Of a DNA stretch of 64,000 nucleotides, positions 54,350 through 64,000 are shown piece after piece. The position numbers and the translations under genes are program-made. The first letter of the stretch is position 1, and the number at the start of each line of letters is the position of its first letter. Source of the DNA: the human T2T-CHM13v2.0 reference genome, Homo sapiens; assembly GCF_009914755.1 (NCBI RefSeq), contig NC_060936.1; one strand, written 5' to 3'. The notes beneath the pieces are model-generated. The model was not told the DNA's origin and did no database searches. It saw only the letters and a program-made list of their open reading frames with translations.

Positions 54350-54640
54350 TTACTCATTCATTTCTCCTACCTGTTGTGTGCCAGATATTATACTAGGTGC
54401 TCAGGCATGAGAATGAAATACATTGTCCCTACCCTTGTAGGAGCACATTGTCTCTGCGTACTACGGACCTTGTAGCCAAGTGTGTATGTGAGATCTTGGA
54501 CAAGCTTAACCTTTGAGCTTTAGTCCACTGTCTAGAAAATGATTATGTTAACAACTCTTAGCTCTCAGATCTTTGTGAGGATTAAATGAGATGTTGTTTT
54601 GCAAAAGAGCTTTGCACATTGCAGAGTGGTAATTGAATGA
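54350..54640. mobile_element. L2 3' end (antisense) followed by a MIR (sense)
   Basis: 'ctcattcatt...ctacctgttgtgtgccagatattatactaggtgct'. Then 'gatcttggacaag...ttgtgaggattaaatgagat'. Confidence 0.65.
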
Positions 54641-55349
54641 TGAAAAGAAATTATGAAGTATTTTGTGCAGGCTTTTTACTGTTGCTGTTTGTGTGCATTT
54701 GTGATTACGGGAGGCAATAGGGAAACGATCCTGTCATGACTGCCTATTTTCTAATTGTTCCCTTCTCAGTCACAGGCAGTAAAATGTGCTTAAGTCTGGC
54801 CTCAAGAAATTCAATCTTGGCTTTTATCTGCAATTCTTATGAAGCGTCTGCTGTCCTGAATATCAGATTGAGCATTCAGGGCCAGTTTTTTTCTTGTTTG
54901 TTTTCATTGGATTGGATTATGACAAATTTAGGCAAAAGGTTTTTCTTAGCTTTTTATGGTGATTTTAGACTTGGATGTGAATGTTTATTACAGCTGTTGA
55001 TTTTTTGTTTCTCTCTATAACACTGGGCTTATTTTCTTGCTTTTTATGAGAGTTATAGAGCACCATGGTACAAAGCTGGCTGGTGCAAGTGATTGGTGAA
55101 GATATCTGAAAAATGCCCAGTGAGGAAGTAGAACGGCAGGCTGTGAGTGTCGCTCTGTGGTGTGTCTGAATCCATGCGGCACTCACAGGACAGGCCTAGA
55201 CTAACATTCAGGGTCAAGGTCAATAAATATATATTGAATGTGTACCATGGGCCAGAGTTGGGGCTTTTAGAGCTGTAAGCAGATAGGTTCATACAGTACC
55301 CAACCCTCTACTTCTTTCCTGCGCTTTCATTTTGGATTATGATATGACT

Positions 55350-56010
55350 ATTCACACAGTTTTCCCAACAAGGACTTAAGAGGAATCCTTGATTCATTCA
55401 TGCTCTTACTCACTCATCCCATGGATAAACACCCAGTCTTATCTCAGAAACCACTTGACTTCTGTTCCCTCCTTTTTATTCTACTGTCACTATCTCAAGC
55501 TTGGCCTTCATTATGTCAACAATATTCTACAAACCAGCCTACTTATGATGTAATGCCAATAGGATAATGTACAACGCCTTAGAATGGAATTCAGCAGTCC
55601 TTATTGAATCCCCAATCTGTCTTTCTCATTTATCTCCTCCAACCACAACCCTCGACTCCAGGTACCAAACTGAAGCTGCTTCAAAGCTGTGTCTTTGCTG
55701 GCGGGCTTTTCTCTGCTTGGAATGTCACTTCCACTGCCACTCATTCAACCCAGCAAACCCCCACTTATCCTCCAAAGATAAGTTCAAGTGCTGCCACTTC
55801 TCTAGTTTTTCATGACCCTCCAAGGCAGAATTAATTGTTCCTGTCTCTTTGTCCCCGTGTCCACATACACACAACAGAAATTTTAAATTTATGCATCCAT
55901 CTTTTCAACTAAATAGTGAGATATGGAAGAATAGGAATGCTTTCTTGAAAAATAGCTTTATCTCCAATGTCTAGAAATATGACCTATTGCCTAACCATGA
56001 AGATCCTCAA
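55350..56010 (+). mobile_element. L2 fragment
   Basis: 'aatccttgattc...ctctgcttggaatg...cttatcctccaaagataagttcaagtg...gcagaattaattgttcc...tttatctccaatgtctagaa'. Confidence 0.6.
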
Positions 56011-56296
56011 CACATTCTTCAATTGAATTGTTAAATTGTTTATCTTTTATTTTATTTTATTTTATTTTATTTTTTTAAAATTTTTTTTATTATTATACTT
56101 TAAGTTTTAGGGTACATGTGCACATTGTGCAGGTTAGTTACATACGTATACATGTGCCATGCTGGTGTGCTGCACCCACTAACTCGTCATCTAGCATTAG
56201 GTATATCTCCCAGTGCTATCCCACCCCCCTCCCCCCACCCCACAACAGTCCCCAGAGTGTGATGTTCCCCTTCCTGTGTCCATGTGATCTCATTGT

Positions 56297-60139
<3,843 letters not shown>

Positions 60140-60187
60140 TTATTTTGCTCATTAGTTGATGCAGTTTCTTCCTAGTCTCGATGGTCT

Positions 60188-61200
60188 TTACATTTTGGCA
60201 TGATTTTGCAGCGGCTGGTACCGGTTGTTCCTTTCCATGTTTAGCGCTCCCTTCAGGAGCTCTTTTAGGGCAGGCCTGGTGTGACAAAATCTCTCAGCAT
60301 TTGCTTGTCTGTAAAGTATTTTATTTCTTCTTCACTTATGAAGCTTAGTTTGGCTGGATATGAAATTCTGGGTTGAAAATTCTTTTCTTTAAGAATGTTG
60401 AATATTGGCCCCCACTCTCTTCTGGCTTGTAGGGTTTCTGCCGAGAGATCCGCTGTTAGTCTGCTGGGCTTCCCTTTGAGGGTAACCTGACCTTTCTCTC
60501 TGGCTGCCCTTAACATTTTTTCCTTCATTTCAACTTTGGTGAATCTGACAATCATGTGTCTTGGAGTTGCTCTTCTCGAGGAGTATCTTTGTGGCGTTCT
60601 CTGTATTTCCTGAATCTGAACGTTGGCCTGCCTTGCTAGATTGGGGAAATTCTCCTGGATACTATCCTGCAGAGTGTTTTCCAACTTGGTTCCATTCTCC
60701 CCATCACTTTCAGGTACACCAATCAGACGTAGATTTGGTCTTTTCACATAGTCCCATATTTCTTGGAGGCTTTGCTCATTTCTTTTTATTCTTTTTTCTC
60801 TAAACTTTCCTTCTCGCTTCATTTCATTCATTTCATCTTCCATTGCTGATACCCTTTCTTCCAGTTGATCGCATCAGCTCCTGAGGCTTCTGCATTCTTC
60901 ACGTAGTTCTCGAGCCTTGGTTTTCAGCTCCATCAGCTCCTTTAAGCACTTCTCTGTATTGGTTATTCTATTTTTACATTCTTCTAAATTTTTTTCAAAG
61001 TTTTCAACTTCTTTGCCTTTGGTTTGAATGTCCTCCTGTAGCTCAGAGTAATTTGATCGTCTGAAGCCTTCTCTCAGCTTGCCAAAGTCATTCTCCGTCC
61101 AGCTTTGTTCCGTTGGTGGTGAGGAGCTGTGTTCCTTTGGAGGAGGAGAGGCGCTCTGATTTTTAGAGTTTCCAGTTTTTCTGTTATGTTTTTTCCCCAT
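60188..61200 (-). pseudogene. L1 ORF1p, disrupted by a CGA>TGA stop at ~60874 and a frameshift near 60280
   Basis: ORF pieces MGKKHNRK...RSLRS* and MEDEMNEMK...REKG...YPAKLS...DFVTPGLP*. Confidence 0.96.
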
Positions 61201-62105
61201 CTTTGTGGTTTTATCTACTTTTGGTCTTTGATGTTGGTGATGTACAGATGGGTTTTTGGTGTGGATGTCCTTTCTGTTTGTTAGTTTTCCTTCTAACAGA
61301 CAGGACCCTCAGCTGCAGGTCTGTTGGAGTACCCTGCAGTGTGAGGTGTCAGTGTGCCCCTGCTGGAGGGTGCCTCCCAGTTAGGCTGCTTGGGGGTCAG
61401 GGGTCAGGGACCCACTTGAGGAGGCAGTCTGCCCGTTCTCAGATCTCCAGCTGCATACTGGGAGAATCACTGCTCTCTTCAAAGCTGTCAGACAGGGACA
61501 TTTAAGTCTGCAGAGGTTACTGCTGTCTTTTTGTTTGCCTGTGCCCTGCCCCCAGAGGTGGAGCCTACAGAGGCAGGCAGGCCTCCTTGAGCTGTGGTGG
61601 GCTCCACCCAGTTCAAGCTTCCTGGCTGTTTTGTTTACCTAAGCAAGCCTGGGCAATGGTGGGCGCCCCTCCCCCGCAGCCTCACTGCCACCTTGCAGTT
61701 TGATCTCAGACTGCTGTGCTAGCAGTCAGCGAGACTCCGTGGGGTAGGACCCTCCAAGCCAGGTGCGGGATATAAACCCGTGGTGCGCCGTTTTTTAAGC
61801 CAGTCAGAAAAGCGCAGTATTCCGGTGGAAATGACCCGATTCTCCAGGTGCCCTCCGTCACCCCTTTCTTTGATTAGGAAAGGGAACTCCCTGACCCCTT
61901 GTGCTTCCTGAGTGAGGCAATGCCTCGCCCTGCTTCGGCTCGCGCACGCTGCACGCACCCACTGACCTGCGCCCACTGTCTGGCACTCCCTAGTGAGATG
62001 AACCCGGTACCTCAGATGGAAATGCAGAAATCACCCGTCTTCTGCGTCGCTCTGGCTGGGAGCTGTAGACCGGAGCTGTTCCTATTCGGCCATCTTGGCT
62101 CCTCC
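61201..62105 (-). promoter_or_regulatory. L1 5' UTR internal sense promoter (YY1 site intact) and antisense promoter region
   Basis: CpG-containing L1 5' UTR. YY1 motif CAAGATGGCC lies near the 5' end. The bidirectional promoter is established knowledge for L1PA 5' UTRs. Confidence 0.75.
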
Positions 62106-62702
62106 AATTGTTTATCTTTTAAAAGTATTGTAGGGCAGCCACAGTCATGCCTTGCATGTGCCATTTCTAAACCATTCAGTATTATGATTTATTTTTAAAG
62201 TAACATTTGTTATTTTTCTGATGATAATAATAAAGTTAACTCATTGTAAAGTTTGGAAAATATAGAAAAAATGTAAAGAAAATAAAAATCATACATTAGA
62301 CCCACCATCAAAGATAGCTGACACTAATAAGTTGATGAATTCCCTTTCAGTATACTTATGATGCATGTAAATTTTATGCTAATTTATAATAACACCTTTT
62401 TCATTTTTTAGGATAGCAAATTTGCTCCCTTTGAAATGACAATACGTGTGTCACTATCCATTGCCAATTGATTTCAGCTCCACAGGTCTTATAATTAGTG
62501 TAAATCCTCAATGTCTGAATATTGACAGAGACTAAGTCACAGATGTTATCCTAAACAGAAGCTTATTTCAATATACATTATTTTCTATAAATTTAATATT
62601 GTACTATATAAATTATTTTTAACTTAACTTTTTCCCACTTCATATGATACCATCACCCTTTCCCTATGCTAGAGTCTTCCCAATATGATCTTTAGTACCA
62701 TG

Positions 62703-63108
62703 CGTTTTAAGCTAAATTGTGTCCTCTCAAAATGTGTATGTTTATGCCCTAACCTACCAGTACTTCAGAATATGACTGGGTTTGGAGATAAGGCACACAA
62801 AGAGGTGAATAAGATACAATGAGGACATCAGGATGAGCCCTAGCCAAATCTGATTGGTATCCTTATAAGAGGAAATTTAGACACACAATGAGAGACACCA
62901 GGGGTGAGTGTGCATAGAGGAAAGACCATGTGGAGAGACAGCAAGAAAGCTGCCATCTGCAAGCCAAGGAAACAGGCATCAGCAGAAATCGGACCTGCCT
63001 GCATCCTGATCTTGCACTTCTAGCCTCCAGAACCGGAAGAAAATAAATTTATAATCCTAAGCCACTCAGTCTGTAGTATTTGTTACAGCAGCCTAGCAAA
63101 CTAATATG
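62703..63108 (+). mobile_element. MLT1B-like solo LTR
   Basis: 'aattgtgtcctctcaaaat...ccagtacttcagaatatgact...gccatctgcaagccaagg...gcctagcaaactaata'. Confidence 0.85.
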
Positions 63109-63392
63109 CTGCTTTATACAATTTATGTAGTCACTCACTTACTGTTAAGTGCCAGTTTCTCTTTTTTAAAAACAATGTTAGGATGTACATCTCTGTAAAG
63201 AAATTCTTACTGGATTATTGACTATCTTCTCAGAAGAATCTTTAAAATTTTCCCATTACAAAAATAACATATATTTATTTATGAAAATCAGAAAATAGAG
63301 CAAGAAAAAGTAGCATAATGTCATTATTCGAACACAAAGATGGTTATATTTATTGTATTTCTTTCTAATGTTGCTTTTTCTTATTTAGACAC

Positions 63393-63962
63393 TGCGATGG
63401 TTAATTTTATGTGTCAACTTGACTGGGCCATGGGATGCTGAGTTATTTGATTCAACATCCTTTCTGGGTGCATATCTGAGGGCGGTTTCTGAAGGGGACC
63501 AGCATTAGAACTTGTGGCCTGAGTAAAGCAGATGGGCCTCCCCAGTGTGAGTGGGCATCCTCTAAGCCTCTGAGGGCCTGAATACAACAGAAATGTGGAG
63601 GAAGGTTGAATTCACACTCTGTCTGACTGCCTGAGCTGGGACAGCAATCTTCTCCTGTCCTGCACACTCCTGCTTCTCAGGCCTTCAAACTTGAACTGGA
63701 ATCTATACCATCAGCCCTCTAGCTCTAAGGTCTTCAAACTAAACCACCAGCTTTCTTGAGTCTCCAGCTTGCAGATGGCAGATTATGGGACTTCTCAGCC
63801 TCTATAATTACATGAATAATAAATCTTACATATATATTACATATATACACATATATATCTCATTTAAATATATAAATTTAAATATAAAAATAATAAACAT
63901 TATATTTATATCTCAAGATTTATATATATATTTTGTTTCTCTGAGAAACCCTGACTAATACA
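63393..63962 (+). mobile_element. MLT2 (ERVL) solo LTR with an internal TA-rich expansion (~63829-63931)
   Basis: 'tgcgatggttaattttatgtgtcaacttgactgggcca...cagcttgcagatggcagattatgggacttctcagcc...aaccctgactaataca'. Confidence 0.9.
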
Positions 63963-64000
63963 GGTACTTAAAACAATGATTGTAATCATGTTTATGATTT

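Noticed and set aside
61899-62198. 99-aa antisense ORF in the L1 5' UTR running into the flank
   Set aside because: This is a generic open frame of L1PA 5' UTRs with a non-ATG start. It is not ORF0, and there is no evidence of translation.

Overview
AT-rich primate (very probably human or great ape) genomic DNA. It looks intergenic or deep intronic: I can support no host protein-coding exon, RNA gene or CpG-island promoter. Well over half is interspersed repeat. This includes a full-length but dead L1PA2/PA3-type LINE-1 on the minus strand (56049-62105, perfect 15-bp TSD; the source of all long ORFs in the track), two long truncated L1s (about 40810-44465 and 50106-52304), and a heavily nested old minus-strand L1 stack (about 11.3-21.8 kb). 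There are also seven Alus, a complete THE1 MaLR provirus (33047-35346), MST/MLT1/MLT2/LTR16 LTRs, hAT and Tigger DNA-transposon fossils, and MIR and L2 fragments. Repeat subfamily names come from my recall of consensus sequences, not from a search. The most unusual structure is a ~160-bp inverted copy of local sequence (48586-48756) templated into the L1 at 50326-50484, with a perfected fold-back hairpin at its junction. Other oddities are two opposite-strand L1 3' ends inserted at essentially the same target site (4001-4485), a mosaic S/Y Alu with intact TSDs, and discordant LTRs on one THE1 provirus. Three repeat-free, motif-dense blocks (about 8.5-8.9, 24.6-25.1 and 25.5-26.2 kb) look like conserved developmental enhancers. 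I found no evidence for a new gene system.
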